A stretch of DNA of 64,000 bases, taken from an uncultured Pseudomonadota bacterium. GTDB taxonomy: Bacteria > Chloroflexota > UBA5177 > JAJPKF01. Position 1 is the first letter of the stretch. Each line of letters begins with the position of its first letter. The DNA lies in contig CAWIIC010000016.1 of NCBI GenBank assembly GCA_963836045.1, positions 886-64,885 of the forward strand, given 5' to 3'. The notes under the pieces were generated by a model that was not told where the DNA came from, ran no database searches, and saw only the letters and a list, made by a program, of their open reading frames with translations. This document shows positions 29,829 through 40,505 of this stretch, piece by piece. The position numbers and the translations under genes are program-made.

Positions 29829-32255
29829 CTAACGCTGACTCGGACGGGAGGGCGCAAGCGGTGACGACCAGCAGGCGCGTTCGGTCTGGTCGATACCGTT
29901 CCCAGGACGACCCCAGCGATACTCGGGCAGCCCCAAGGTGCCCGACACGAGTTGGGCCGGCGTTATTCTTCGCCACTGCTTGGGGCATGCGCCTCCAAGC
30001 AGGGTGGTCGGGCCTACCAGCCCCACGGTGACTTTTTGGCATAAAGGATGGCTGCCCAGACCGCCGTCGGCGTACCCAAGTGCAGTCCCCTGCAGAACGT
30101 CCGCTGTAAGCAAGGACGTAGTCGTCGCATCGGCCAGACCGTACTCGGTGCTTGGCTCGTTGGCGATACTGGCGGCTCGATTTGCCATTCCGTAGCCCCG
30201 ATCCAGGATCACCTTCCCATCCTTGGCCACGAGCACAGTACCGCTCAAATTCCCCTCTGCTGCGAGACCCGACAGATAGGAGCTTAAGCTCGCACCGCTT
30301 GCGCTTCCCGACCTGGCTGTCATCGCCGTCAGGCCGCCGGCCATGACAACCACCGCCGCCGCGATCGCGGCTCCTATAAACCGCCTTCGTTTCACGCTAC
30401 GCCGCGGCTTGGCAAGCGCGGCTGTATTCAGTCGCTCGATGCTCGCCTTCATCTCCTTCGACGACTGGAACCGTCGTCGTGGATCCTTCGCCAGAGCCTT
30501 CAGTATCAGGGCATCCCACTCCGGCGGCAGGCCCCGGCGAATTGTGCTCGGCGGCGCCGGCTCCGCCTTCATTTGCTGCACCGCTATCGCGAGCGCGTCG
30601 TCCCCCTCGAATGGGGGCCTTCCTGTGACCGTGTGGTATAGCACCGCCCCAAAACCATAAACATCCGATCGCGCATCGACGCGCTTTCCCTCGATCTGTT
30701 CGGGGGCCATGTAGAGCGGCGTTCCTACCCGCATGCCGGTGGTCGCTATGGTCCCCATCTTCGTGTCGACGGAAAGAATCCGCGCGACACCGAAATCAGT
30801 AACCTTGACCCGGTCACCGTCCAGAATCATGATGTTGTCCGGCTTCACGTCCCGGTGAACGATCGACTGGGCGTGCGCGTAGGACAAGGCCTCCGACGTC
30901 TGGAGGGCAATCGACTTCGCCCGGTCGAGATCCATCGGCCCCGCGTCCAGTTCCCTGGCTAGCGATCCGCCCTCCAGCAGCTCCATCACGATGCAGGCGA
31001 CATGCTCGTCGGCGAAACTGTCGAAAATGCGGACGATATTGGGATGGTCCAGCGAGCGCAGAATGGCGCCTTCTTGCTGGAAGCGCAAGAGCTCGTCCAA
31101 GCCGATGCCGGCCCGGGCCAGCATCAGCTTTGCCGCCACAGTCCTGCCGGTTACGGCGTCGTGGGCGCGAAAGACTCGGCCCATGGCGCCCGCGCCGATT
31201 TCCTCTTCCAGGCGCAGCCGGCCACCGAGCGAGCGCACCAGCCCGTCCAGCAGTCGGGGATTGCCCTTGGTCCGTCGGTGCGCAAAGCCAATGAACTCCT
31301 CTGAAACCGATCCCTGCATCGACTCGGAGATATACGAAGCCGTTTCGTCGTAAGAAAGCCGGGGCACCGTCACCAGGTCTAGCAGGCGGTCGTGGCTCAG
31401 TCGCTCCAGCAGGCTTGCCAGCTCCCGGTTTGTCTCGATCTCCTCGTCACAGAAGGAAGCTCCGATGAGAACCCGCGAGCCGAGCGTGCTGCGAGCCAGG
31501 TAATCCAGAAGCCGGAGCCCGGCTGGGTCCATCCAGTGCAGGTCGTCTAGCAACACGGCCAGGGGCGCCGTCGCTGAGGCGCGGAGGAGCAGCTCGGTCA
31601 CCCGTTCGCTGATCGATGCCTCGGTGGCCGCATCCGCGAGATCTTGCCTACGGATCAGATCGGAGACCGCCGCCGCCTGCCTCTCGTCCTCTGATCCTCG
31701 CCCGGCTCCCTGCGCCTCACCAAGCTGCGCCAGAGGTGACAGAAAGGGAGAGAAGGGCATCGGCCCGGCGTCTTCATCGCAGATACCTGTCACCACGAGG
31801 AATCCTCGGTGTCGCGCTTCTACCATCAGCTCTTGAAGAAGACGGGTCTTACCGGAACCCATTTCGCCTGCCAGCATCAGCACATGCCCGTGTTTCCTCT
31901 CAACCGAGGCCAGCACGGAACGCATGCGGTCCATTTCCGACGACCGTCCGACCAGAGCTCCCTGCGGCAGCGATCCGAGAAAACCGCCGGAGGGAAGCTC
32001 GGTCGGAGATCGCTCCCCCGTCGCATCCAGCCCCTTGGCGGCGTCCGACAGTGCGACTCTGTCCGGAGGCCCCAGGTTGAGCGCCTCAGCTAGCAGGTCG
32101 ACGGTCGCCGGCCACGGTCGCTGCCGCGCCCCCCGCTCGAGAGAGCTGACGCCGTTGGCGCTGACGCCGGCCCGTTCGGCCAGCTCCTCCTGTGTGAGGC
32201 CGGCGGCCAGGCGGTATCGTCTCAAGAGATCCCCGAAGGAGGACTGGGTTTGCAT
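29829..32255 (-). CDS. Multidomain regulator: XRE-type HTH + P-loop ATPase (LAL-like) + Ser/Thr protein kinase + TM helix + truncated beta-lactamase-like extracytoplasmic domain
   Basis: Start set at ATG 32255 (GGAGGA 11 nt upstream). FGDLLRRYRLAAGLTQEELAERAGVSANGVSSLERG (HTH). LMLAGEMGSGKTRLLQEL (Walker A). IGAGAMGRVF..AAKLM, HRDVKPDNIMI, DFGVAR and GTPLYMAPE (kinase). FIGAAIAAAVVVMAGGLTAM (TM). GTVLVAKDGKVILDRGYGMANRA...ITPAQLVSGTLGLPEY (serine-hydrolase-like; the SxxK motif is not evident). Confidence 0.85.
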   Translation of the reverse strand: MQTQSSFGDLLRRYRLAAGLTQEELAERAGVSANGVSSLERGARQRPWPATVDLLAEALNLGPPDRVALSDAAKGLDATGERSPTELPSGGFLGSLPQGALVGRSSEMDRMRSVLASVERKHGHVLMLAGEMGSGKTRLLQELMVEARHRGFLVVTGICDEDAGPMPFSPFLSPLAQLGEAQGAGRGSEDERQAAAVSDLIRRQDLADAATEASISERVTELLLRASATAPLAVLLDDLHWMDPAGLRLLDYLARSTLGSRVLIGASFCDEEIETNRELASLLERLSHDRLLDLVTVPRLSYDETASYISESMQGSVSEEFIGFAHRRTKGNPRLLDGLVRSLGGRLRLEEEIGAGAMGRVFRAHDAVTGRTVAAKLMLARAGIGLDELLRFQQEGAILRSLDHPNIVRIFDSFADEHVACIVMELLEGGSLARELDAGPMDLDRAKSIALQTSEALSYAHAQSIVHRDVKPDNIMILDGDRVKVTDFGVARILSVDTKMGTIATTGMRVGTPLYMAPEQIEGKRVDARSDVYGFGAVLYHTVTGRPPFEGDDALAIAVQQMKAEPAPPSTIRRGLPPEWDALILKALAKDPRRRFQSSKEMKASIERLNTAALAKPRRSVKRRRFIGAAIAAAVVVMAGGLTAMTARSGSASGASLSSYLSGLAAEGNLSGTVLVAKDGKVILDRGYGMANRAASIANEPSTEYGLADATTTSLLTADVLQGTALGYADGGLGSHPLCQKVTVGLVGPTTLLGGACPKQWRRITPAQLVSGTLGLPEYRWGRPGNGIDQTERACWSSPLAPSRPSQR

Positions 32256-32445
32256 GCTTGTCACGTCCTCCAGTCTCCCCGGACCCTCATTAAAGAGGCC
32301 GGGATAACCGCCGTAGACATTGACGGATGGTACCACGGCGCGCGGCTCTTCTTCGAATGGCCGCGCCGACTGCTGGTTGAGCTGTTGTGTGACCTGCTGT
32401 GTGAGTTGTGCGTGGACTTTCTTCCAGCTGTCCAGGATAATTGCA

Positions 32446-32720
32446 CCGTGGCCGGCAAACAAGCCATTCCTTGAGCACGCAAGAACTGGAGGAAGAACAT
32501 GAAGCAACGAAGTATGAGCAGTCTCGAGAACCTGATCCGCCGCTGCACCATCGCCCTGTGCGCAGCTCGCACTGACTACGGCCGGTGTTGCGCTGAACTC
32601 ATCCGTCGGACCCGGTGCCATTGCGGCATCTCCAGCGGCGCTGACGGGCGTGCACGTCTTCGGCTGGGGATTCAATCAGCCTGACGCCATCGTATCCGAC
32701 GGCACCCACGTCTGGGTGGC
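32446..32720 (+). repeat. 5' leader cassette, copy 1 (promoter region, RBS and signal peptide of propeller paralogs)
   Basis: Aligns with 34646-34908, at an offset of 2200 nt at the start. Near-identical over GGAGGAAGA.CATGAA.CAACGAAGTATGAGC..TCTCGAGAACCTGATCCGCCGCTGCACCATCGCCCTGTGCGC. Confidence 0.8.
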
Positions 32721-34596
32721 CAACTACGCTGGGGACTCGGTTACGGAACTCGACGCATCGAACGGCGGACGGATCAGAACGATCGCAGGCCCGCGGTATG
32801 CGTTCGCGAGCCCGGTGTCGATCGCCTCGAGCACCGGCCACGTGTGGGTGGCCAACAGAGGCGGCAACTCGATCACGGAGCTCAGCGCCTTCACCGGCGC
32901 CCTCGTCAGGGTGATCTCTGGCATCCACGGCCCTGCGGCCATCACCACGAATGGCACCGACGTCTGGGTCGCCGCCCACTACCGGTGCGGTCACGCTGGC
33001 TGCGTCGACCACAGCCAGGTGACGGAGCTCAGCGCTTCGACTGGCCATGTCGTCAGACTGCTTTCAGGCCCCAGCTATGGGTTTGCGGACCCCGACGCGA
33101 TCTCCGCAGATGGCACGCACGTATGGGTCGCCAACTCCAGCGCTAACTCAGTCACCGAGGTCCGCGCTTCGACCGGAACCCTTACTCGGACACTCTCAGA
33201 CTCAAGCTACCGGTTCAACGAGCCCGACGCCATCGCGGTCGACGGCGCGCACGTTTGGGTGGCGAGCCCCGATCAACTCGCCGAGATCAACGCTGCAACC
33301 GGCCGCCTAGTCAAAGTGATCAATCTTACTGGGAATCTGGTCTTTCCACCCGGACCAGTCACGGATTCGGTTGCCTCAGACGGCGTGCACGTATGGGTGG
33401 TACATAGGTTCGGCCCTAACGGCGCCCTTGGCGGCGACAGCGGGGTTACTGAGCTGACCGCCTCAACGGGGAAGGTCGTTAGAGACGGATTGAGCCCGAG
33501 CTATGCCTTCGAGAGCGCCGACGCAGTTGCTTCGGACGGGGTCCATGTCTGGGTGGGGAACGAGCTGGGTGTCGGTGATGGAAGGTGTCGGACGTGCGGC
33601 CAGGCCACCGAGGTAGCAGAGGTCAGCGCGACGACCGGCGCCTTCGTTCGGGCGATCTCGGGGGCGAGCTATCGCTTTGCAGAACCCCGAGCCATTGCCC
33701 TGGGCGATTCCCGTGTCTGGGTCGCGAACGGCACCGGCAACTCTGTCACCGAGCTCAGCTCTACGACCGGCCGACTAGAGAGGGTGATCTCGGGCGGCTA
33801 TGGGTTCGTGGGTCCCGGCGCGGTCGCCACCGGCGGCGCCCATGTCTGGGTGGCGAGCGGCAACAACTGTATCACCGAGCTGAACGCGACGAGTGGGGCC
33901 TTGGTTCGGATGATCTCGGTTCCCACGCCGGGCTGCAACTCTTATTGTCCATCACTACGGGGCTGTGTCGAGGCCATTGCCGTGGACGGAACTCATGTCT
34001 GGGCGGGACTTTACCCTTCTAAGCCTCCCTATTCGCGTGCCGTGGCCGAGATCAGCGCATCGACCGGACAGGTCGTCAAGGTGATCTCGGGCGCGCGCTA
34101 CAAGTTTGCGAGTCTCCGCGCCATCGCGACCGACGGCACGCACGTATGGATCGCGAATGACGATGGTAATTCTGTCACCGAGTTGAACGCCCAGACGGGA
34201 AGCCTCATCAGGGTCATCTCAGACCCGTCGGACAGGTTCAACCATCCTGCTGCGATCGCCTTGAGCAGCGGTCATGTGTGGGTAGTCAGCAACGGCGATG
34301 GGAGTTCGAGCGGCGGCGTCACGGAGCTCGATGCTTCGACCGGAAAGCTCGTCAGCGTAATCTCACCCCCGTCGCTGCGCGGCGGCGCCGACGCCATCGC
34401 CTCCGATCCCGCTCACATTTGGGTGGCAAACATCCAAGGCTCGGTGACTGAGCTTAGCGCTCGGACCGGCAAGGTGATCGCGGTGTTGTCAGGCTCCGAG
34501 TACCAGTTCAATGGCCCCTCGGCGATAGCCACCGACGGCCGCCGCGTGTGGGTGGCGAACGGCCGCGGACAGTCGGTAACCGAGTTCCCGGCATGA
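32499..34596 (+). CDS. Secreted 14-blade NHL/YVTN-like beta-propeller protein, paralog 1; 1-nt frame disruption inside the signal peptide
   Basis: MKQRSMSSLENLIRRCTIALCAA is in ORF 32499..32684. The body is in ORF 32650..34596. Relative to the paralog (GCCGCCGCACTG) this copy reads GCAGCTCGCACTG, with one extra nt at 32562-32570. There are 14 units ending in ..DG.HVWVAN..G.SVTEL.A.TG. Confidence 0.75.
34312..34596 (+). repeat. 3' end cassette, copy 1 (last 285 nt of propeller paralog 1)
   Basis: Aligns without gaps to 36449-36733. I counted about 25 mismatches in 285 nt. Confidence 0.85.
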
Positions 34597-34645
34597 CGGA
34601 AAGAACCGCCAACTCGCATTCTCCCCGCCGGTCTGCACACTCGGA

Positions 34646-34908
34646 CCGCGGCCGGCACGCAAGCCGATCCTAACCACAGAAGAGCTGGAGGAAGAGCATG
34701 AAACAACGAAGTATGAGCCATCTCGAGAACCTGATCCGCCGCTGCACCATCGCCCTGTGCGCCGCCGCACTGATGACGGCCGGCGGTGCACTGAACGCAT
34801 CCGCGGCATCGAGACAACAGTCACCCACCGGAGTGAAGGTATTCGGCTGGGGTTTCAGCCACCCCAGCGCGGTTGCCTCGGATGGCAGCCATGTCTGGGT
34901 AGCTAACA
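34646..34908 (+). repeat. 5' leader cassette, copy 2
   Basis: See 32446-32720. Confidence 0.8.
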
Positions 34909-36733
34909 CGGATTCCGTGACAGAGCTAAACGCCGCCAGCGGGCACCTGGTCCGGGTTATCTCGGGCCTGGCCTATCCCTACGCCCGCCACTTCTTCAAT
35001 CCCGTCATCGCCATCGCTGCCCGCGGTGCCCATGTCTGGGTTCTCAACGGGGGCGCCTGCATGACCATCTGCTCGAAAGGTACGAACAGCTCGATAACCG
35101 AGCTCGATGCGGCGACGGGCAACCTGGTGCGGGTGATCTCGGGTCCCAAGTACCGGCTCAACTACTCGGCGGCAATCTCGGTGGCAGGCGGTGAGCTCTG
35201 GGTGGCCAACGGCCTAGGCACAAAAGGAGGCTCCGTCACCGAGGTCAGCGCTTCGACCGGTGATCTCGTTAGAGTGATCTCCGGCCCAGCGTTCCAATTC
35301 AGCGGCCCCGATGCCATCAGTTCAGACGGCGTTCATGTATGGGTAGCCGATGGGTCCGGCGCCTCTATCACCGAGCTTGAGGGTTCGACAGGCAAGTTGG
35401 TGCGGGTTATTTCACGTGCCGCGCTGGCGTTCCCCGTGGCTGTCGCCTCAGATGGCGCACACGTATGGCTGGCGACCGCTGTGTCCCCGGACGGGTGGGC
35501 GCTGATGGAGTTGAATGCTTCGACGGGCAATCCTATCAGAACGATCTCGGACTCGGGGTTCGAGTCCAACAATGTTCCGGGTGGCCTCTCCCTGCAGCGT
35601 GGCCGCCTATGGGTGGCGAACGAGGCCAGCGGTTCGGTCCTAGAGGTCGACGCGACGACCGGCGCCTCTGATCAGGACGATCTCCGGTCCCCGTTATGGG
35701 TTCAAGGAACCCGCCGGCATATCGGCGAATGGCGCCCACGTCTGGGTCGTCAACTATGACGGGAACTCGGTCACGGAGCTCAGCTCTCGCACTGGCGCCC
35801 TGGCGGCGACGATCACCGGGTCGAGCTACAGATTCAACGGGCCGGACGCCCTGGCCCTGGATGGCGGGCACATGTGGGTGGCAAGCGGTGGCTCTGTTGC
35901 CATGTTGAGCGCCAAGACGGGCCGGCTCCAACGCGCGATCTCGGACCCGACGCCCACGGCGATGGCGGCAGACAGCGCCCACGTCTGGGTGGCCAACACT
36001 GGCCTGGACGCCGTCACCGAGCTCAACGCGGTGAACGGCAATGTGGTCAGGGAGATCTCAGCAAAACAAATTGGTCTGAGCCTCACCACGTTTCGCAATT
36101 TAATCGCCGCGCGGCGGCACGCACGTCTGGGTCGCCAATAGCTTCCCAGCCTTCCGGGGCCGGTCACCGAGCTCAACGCCGCGGACTGCCCAGGTGGTAT
36201 CTGGGGAGAATCGTCATCGGGTTGCGGGCTCGACGTCGGGGCCATCGCCTCGGGTGCCACGGAACGTCTGGGTGGCGTGTGACGGCTCGTCTGGGAAGGG
36301 GTCGGTTGCGGAGCTAGGCGCTCGGACGGGAGGGTCGTCAGGGTTATCTCCGGCGCGTCGTTTCGATTCGCGGCTCCTGATGCGATTGCCCTCAACGGAG
36401 GCCACGTCTGGGTGGTCGAGCAACCCGCTAGTTGATGGCACGTCCAACGGTGGCGTCACGGAGCTCGATGCTTCGACCGGAAAGCTCGTCAGGGTAATCT
36501 CAGCCCCGTCGCTGCGCAGCGGCGCCGACGCCATCGCCTCGGACGCCACTCACATTTGGGTGGCAAACATCCAAGGCTCGGTGACTGAGCTTAGCGCTCG
36601 GACCGGCAAGGTGATCGCGGTGCTGTCGGGCTCCGAATACCAGTTCAGCGGCCCCTCGGCCATAGCTACGGACGGCCACCACGTGTGGGTGGCGAACAGC
36701 CTCGGACAGTCGGTTACCGAGTTTCCGGCGTAG
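34698..36733 (+). pseudogene. NHL/YVTN-like beta-propeller paralog 2; intact 5' third and 3' end, multiply frameshifted centre
   Basis: ORF 34698..35759 has an intact signal peptide MKQRSMSHLENLIRRCTIALCAAALMTAGGALNASAA and blades. From about 35660 the blade sequence hops between ORFs 35872..36141, 35874..36317 and 36194..36733, with at least 5 frame changes. The last 285 nt are highly similar to paralog 1. Confidence 0.8.
36449..36733 (+). repeat. 3' end cassette, copy 2
   Basis: See 34312-34596. Confidence 0.85.
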
Positions 36734-36813
36734 CGTTCCGATCCTCGAGCCCTGGAACATCCGTCAACAGTCGCGTCAAACAAGATAACTCGTCAACTCC
36801 GTGGAGGACCAAC

Positions 36814-38238
36814 ATGAAGAGTCGAACCAGGATGCTTGCTATTGCCCTCACTCTGTCGGTTGGCGCGCTGTCCGCTGCCTCGGCCTGGGCTGCGCGGCCC
36901 GATGGTCTGAGTCATCCAGCTCATCGGCTATCGCTTCCGCTTCCGCGGCCGGCGGGCTTCCCGCTCGCGGCTCGAGCGTATGCCAACCCGCCGACGACTG
37001 CCCAATGTAGGACGCAGCAACATGTGGTCTGCTACTCGCCGCTCCAACTGCAGACCGCCTACGACATGGAGCCGCTCTTCAACGCTGCCCTCAACGGACG
37101 GGGGACGACCATCGCGATTGTAGATGCATTCGGCTCGCCCACTATCGCTCATGATCTGGCCCATTTTGATGCCGACTTCAGTCTGCCTCCGCCTCCTTCA
37201 TTCAGAGTCATCACTCCGGCCGGCAAGATTCCCGCTTACGACCCCAATGCAGGCAGTATGCAGGGATGGGCGTTCGAGACGTCGATGGACGTGGAGTACG
37301 CACACGCCATGGCGCCCGGAGCCAACATCCTGTTGGTCGAGACGCCTGTCGACGAAACCCTCGGCACGGCCGGCTTTCCCGAGATCGTCCATGCCGAGAA
37401 CTATGTCATCAACCACAAGCTGGCCAATGTCATCAGCCAGAGCTTCGGCGCCGCTGAGCAAACGTTTCCGAGCAAGCAGTCGATCCTGGATCTTCGAAGC
37501 GCCAACAAGAACGCGGCGGCGCACAACGTCACGGTCCTGGCCGCCCCAGGCGACCTCGGACCTACCGACTGGAGCGATCTCAACGGAGACTACTTCCTCC
37601 ACCCGGTCACCGAGTGGCCGGTCGGTGATCCGCTGGTCACTGCCGTCGGCGGCACAACACTCCACCTCGATTCCGCAGGAAGCCGAACCGCGATGGATAC
37701 GGCATGGAATGACTACCCCAACGGCCGGGGTATCGCCGCGGGGAGCGGTGGCCTTTCGTCTGTTTTCGCCCGACCCGCGTATCAGAATTCGGTACGCCGC
37801 GTAACCGGCAACCATCGCGGCGTCCCAGATATCTCCCTCAGCGCTGATTTTAATGCTGGCGCCCTCGTTTACACCAGCTTCGCGGGCAGCTGGGCCGCCG
37901 GCTACCACATCAATGGCGGCACAAGCCTATCCACACCGCTCTTCGCGGGCATCGTGGCCGTGGCCGATCAGGCCAACGGCTCGCCACTGGGCTTGCTCAA
38001 TCCCAGGCTTTACAAGCTCGGCTCGGGCTCGCCGGGTCTGCCGGACATCACCAAGGGCAACACGACGGTCACGTTCAACCAGAACGGCCGGCAATACACG
38101 GTAAAGGGGTATGCCGCCGTCAAGGGATACGACCTCGCGACCGGTTTGGGAACCGTCGATGCCGCCAAGTTGGTCGCCGCACTAACTGGTAACCACGTCG
38201 AAGGAGTCCGGAGGGCGTCCGGACGAGACCAGCAATGA
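36814..38238 (+). CDS. Secreted S53-family (sedolisin/kumamolisin-like) serine peptidase
   Basis: ATG 36814 follows GGAGGA. Signal MKSRTRMLAIALTLSVGALSAASAWA. Propeptide-type CYSPLQLQTAYDMEPLF. GTTIAIVDAFGSP. The nucleophile region is GGTSLSTPLFAGIVAVADQ. Confidence 0.85.
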   Translation: MKSRTRMLAIALTLSVGALSAASAWAARPDGLSHPAHRLSLPLPRPAGFPLAARAYANPPTTAQCRTQQHVVCYSPLQLQTAYDMEPLFNAALNGRGTTIAIVDAFGSPTIAHDLAHFDADFSLPPPPSFRVITPAGKIPAYDPNAGSMQGWAFETSMDVEYAHAMAPGANILLVETPVDETLGTAGFPEIVHAENYVINHKLANVISQSFGAAEQTFPSKQSILDLRSANKNAAAHNVTVLAAPGDLGPTDWSDLNGDYFLHPVTEWPVGDPLVTAVGGTTLHLDSAGSRTAMDTAWNDYPNGRGIAAGSGGLSSVFARPAYQNSVRRVTGNHRGVPDISLSADFNAGALVYTSFAGSWAAGYHINGGTSLSTPLFAGIVAVADQANGSPLGLLNPRLYKLGSGSPGLPDITKGNTTVTFNQNGRQYTVKGYAAVKGYDLATGLGTVDAAKLVAALTGNHVEGVRRASGRDQQ

Positions 38239-38509
38239 GCCGATTGAGGCAGAAGTCCTACATCCCAGAATAGGGGCTTACGAAGTAGTTCGTTCAGCGC
38301 AAAGCGGGAGCAAGAATGCGTTATAACCCTGAAAGAGTCGGCGCGGACCGTGTCAAGGCATCAGGTCAGGACCCGATTGCGGAAATCCAATCGTAAGAGT
38401 ACGCTCCGGATAGAGGCAGCTCACGCGCTGAATGCGCTGAGTGAGGCCCGGCATTCCTCGCCCGGAACAGTGCGATGGGCCGTCGACCCGTCATTATGCG
38501 AGGAGTACC

Positions 38510-40312
38510 ATGAAATCCATCGGCGTAGCTGTTTCGACATCAGTCGTGCTCGCTGCCGCAACCTTCGCAACTGGGCCCGTTTCCGCAACCGCGATTGAGC
38601 ACGGTTCTACTACTACCCACGCCAACACTGCACTGCGGTTCAGAGGGGTTAGTGCCGGTTTTGGCTACGCCTGCGGCCTGACGAAAACACAAAAGGTTAT
38701 CTGCTGGGGAGATAGCCGCGGGGGTGCAGTCGATTCTCCAAGCGGTCGTTACATCCAGGTCAGCACGGGAGGAACGGGGTACTGGGCTGACGGCAACAAT
38801 TTCACGTGCGGGATAAAGAGCGGTGGAGCAGTGGTCTGCTGGGACGGAGATGTCACAACGCCATCCGGCAGGTTCGCCCAGGTCAGCGCAGCCCTGGGGG
38901 CCTTCTATGCGTGTGGAATCAAGCTCAGCGGCACTATCGTGTGCTGGGGAGGCGGCAGTCCCGGAGCCGGGGTTAGCCCCTCGACGCCGGTGGCAGGGAC
39001 GTTCACTCAGGTCACCACGGGCTCGGATCAAGGCGAAGAGATCGGATATGGCTGTGCGTTGAGGCGCAACGGTAGGCCGGTGTGCTGGGGCGGGGGTCCC
39101 GAGGTCACCGGACAACCGGTGGGCCCTGCCCCTGCGGGTCAGTTCACGCAGATCGCCGTGAACAACGGAGGGAGTTTGTTTGCCTGCGGCCTGAAGCGCG
39201 ACGCGGCGGTCGTGTGCTGGGGAGCTGTTCCACCAGGCAAGGTTCCGTCGGGTCCGTTCATCCAGATCAGTGGCACCTGCGGTCTGAGGGCAGGGGGACA
39301 AGTTGTGTGCTGGTACGGCGCGAATGGTGTCGTCAAGACATTCCGTCCAACAGGCAGACCCACGCAGTTCAGCGTTGCGGGAGATTCGGCCTGTGGCGTG
39401 CAAGTTGGTGGCGCGGCCGTCTGCTGGAATTTGAACAGCGGTCAAATGTTCGCCTCGACCCCATCACTCACGTACGTCACCGCTGCTGGGCAGGGAGGGC
39501 CAGGCGTATTCGATGCCGTTGGCGTCTGCGGGTTGCGGAAGAATAACTCGATCGTGTGCTGGGGCGGAGACGATTCTGGCGGCGGCACCCCAAAACCTCC
39601 TGCAGGATCGTTCACTCAGATCAGCCTTTACAGCACCGACGGCCTTGCCGGCTGCGGCGTGAAGCTTGGGGGGAAGGTTGTCTGCTGGGGGCAACGAGAC
39701 GGAGGTGAACCAGGTGAGTTGAACCCGCCTGCGGGCACCTTCACCCAGGTGAGCGTGGGACTCGTCTATTCCTGCGGTCTCAGGGTCGGAGGAAATATCG
39801 CCTGCTGGGGCGGCTGGGTGAAAACTACTCCGCCGTCCGGTCACTTTACCCAAGTCAGCAACGGGGCCGACTTTGCCTGCGGCCTGAGAACGGACGGACG
39901 CCTGGCTTGCTGGGGTCCCGACACGCATGGTGACACAAAGCCGCCTTCCGGTCGTTTCACGCAAGTTAGTGCGGGAGAGAACTACGCCTGCGCGGTGCGA
40001 ACCGGAGGGGCCATCGCCTGCTGGGGTGACGACAGCTCCGGCATGACGACGCCACCCTCCGGTCGGTTCACGCAGATCAGCGCCGGCGCTGGGGTCGCGT
40101 GCGGCCTAACAGCCGGTGGCACTGTCGCCTGCTGGGGCCAAGAGAACTCCAGGTGGCCCTGGCCCCCTTCTGGTCGCTTTGTTCAGATCAGCGCGGCCGG
40201 GAACTATGCCTGTGGAATCAGGACCCAAGGCGGCTTCCGATGTTGGGGAGAGCTAAATCTGCTGTATCCGGACGGAACCCTGTTTCCCTCAAAACCGGAC
40301 GGACCTGGATAA
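38510..40312 (+). CDS. Secreted RCC1-like repeat protein with 14 'ACGL...G.VVCWG' units
   Basis: ATG 38510 follows GAGGAG. Signal MKSIGVAVSTSVVLAAATFATGPVSATA. I counted 14 units ending in CWG/CWD/CWY/CWN with the period F(T/A)Q(V/I)S.G...ACG......G.V.CWG. Confidence 0.8.
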   Translation: MKSIGVAVSTSVVLAAATFATGPVSATAIEHGSTTTHANTALRFRGVSAGFGYACGLTKTQKVICWGDSRGGAVDSPSGRYIQVSTGGTGYWADGNNFTCGIKSGGAVVCWDGDVTTPSGRFAQVSAALGAFYACGIKLSGTIVCWGGGSPGAGVSPSTPVAGTFTQVTTGSDQGEEIGYGCALRRNGRPVCWGGGPEVTGQPVGPAPAGQFTQIAVNNGGSLFACGLKRDAAVVCWGAVPPGKVPSGPFIQISGTCGLRAGGQVVCWYGANGVVKTFRPTGRPTQFSVAGDSACGVQVGGAAVCWNLNSGQMFASTPSLTYVTAAGQGGPGVFDAVGVCGLRKNNSIVCWGGDDSGGGTPKPPAGSFTQISLYSTDGLAGCGVKLGGKVVCWGQRDGGEPGELNPPAGTFTQVSVGLVYSCGLRVGGNIACWGGWVKTTPPSGHFTQVSNGADFACGLRTDGRLACWGPDTHGDTKPPSGRFTQVSAGENYACAVRTGGAIACWGDDSSGMTTPPSGRFTQISAGAGVACGLTAGGTVACWGQENSRWPWPPSGRFVQISAAGNYACGIRTQGGFRCWGELNLLYPDGTLFPSKPDGPG

Positions 40313-40505
40313 CAGCAATACGTTGCTGTTGAAGATCTGACGTAAATCCGCGAGGTACTGGCTGATCCTCATTCGAGTACCCAGGCTCCGCCCAAATCTC
40401 TAGAGTTGTTCGGCAGCTCGAATCTCCTTATTGGGGGCAAGGATAGCTGGGCTTCAGAGAGAAATGAATACCGGCGCCGGCCGGAATGTAGGTTCCTCCC
40501 CAGCC

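Noticed and set aside
32256-32675. 140-codon N-terminal extension of the kinase ORF (the ORF track starts it at 32675).
   Set aside because: This stretch is the reverse complement of the propeller leader cassette. The same pseudo-peptide (GDGAAADQVLE.AHTSL.H.LPP) appears antisense to the second cassette copy (ORF 34413..34817), where no kinase follows. ATG 32255 has a GGAGGA and begins exactly where the paralogous regulator (54689) begins.
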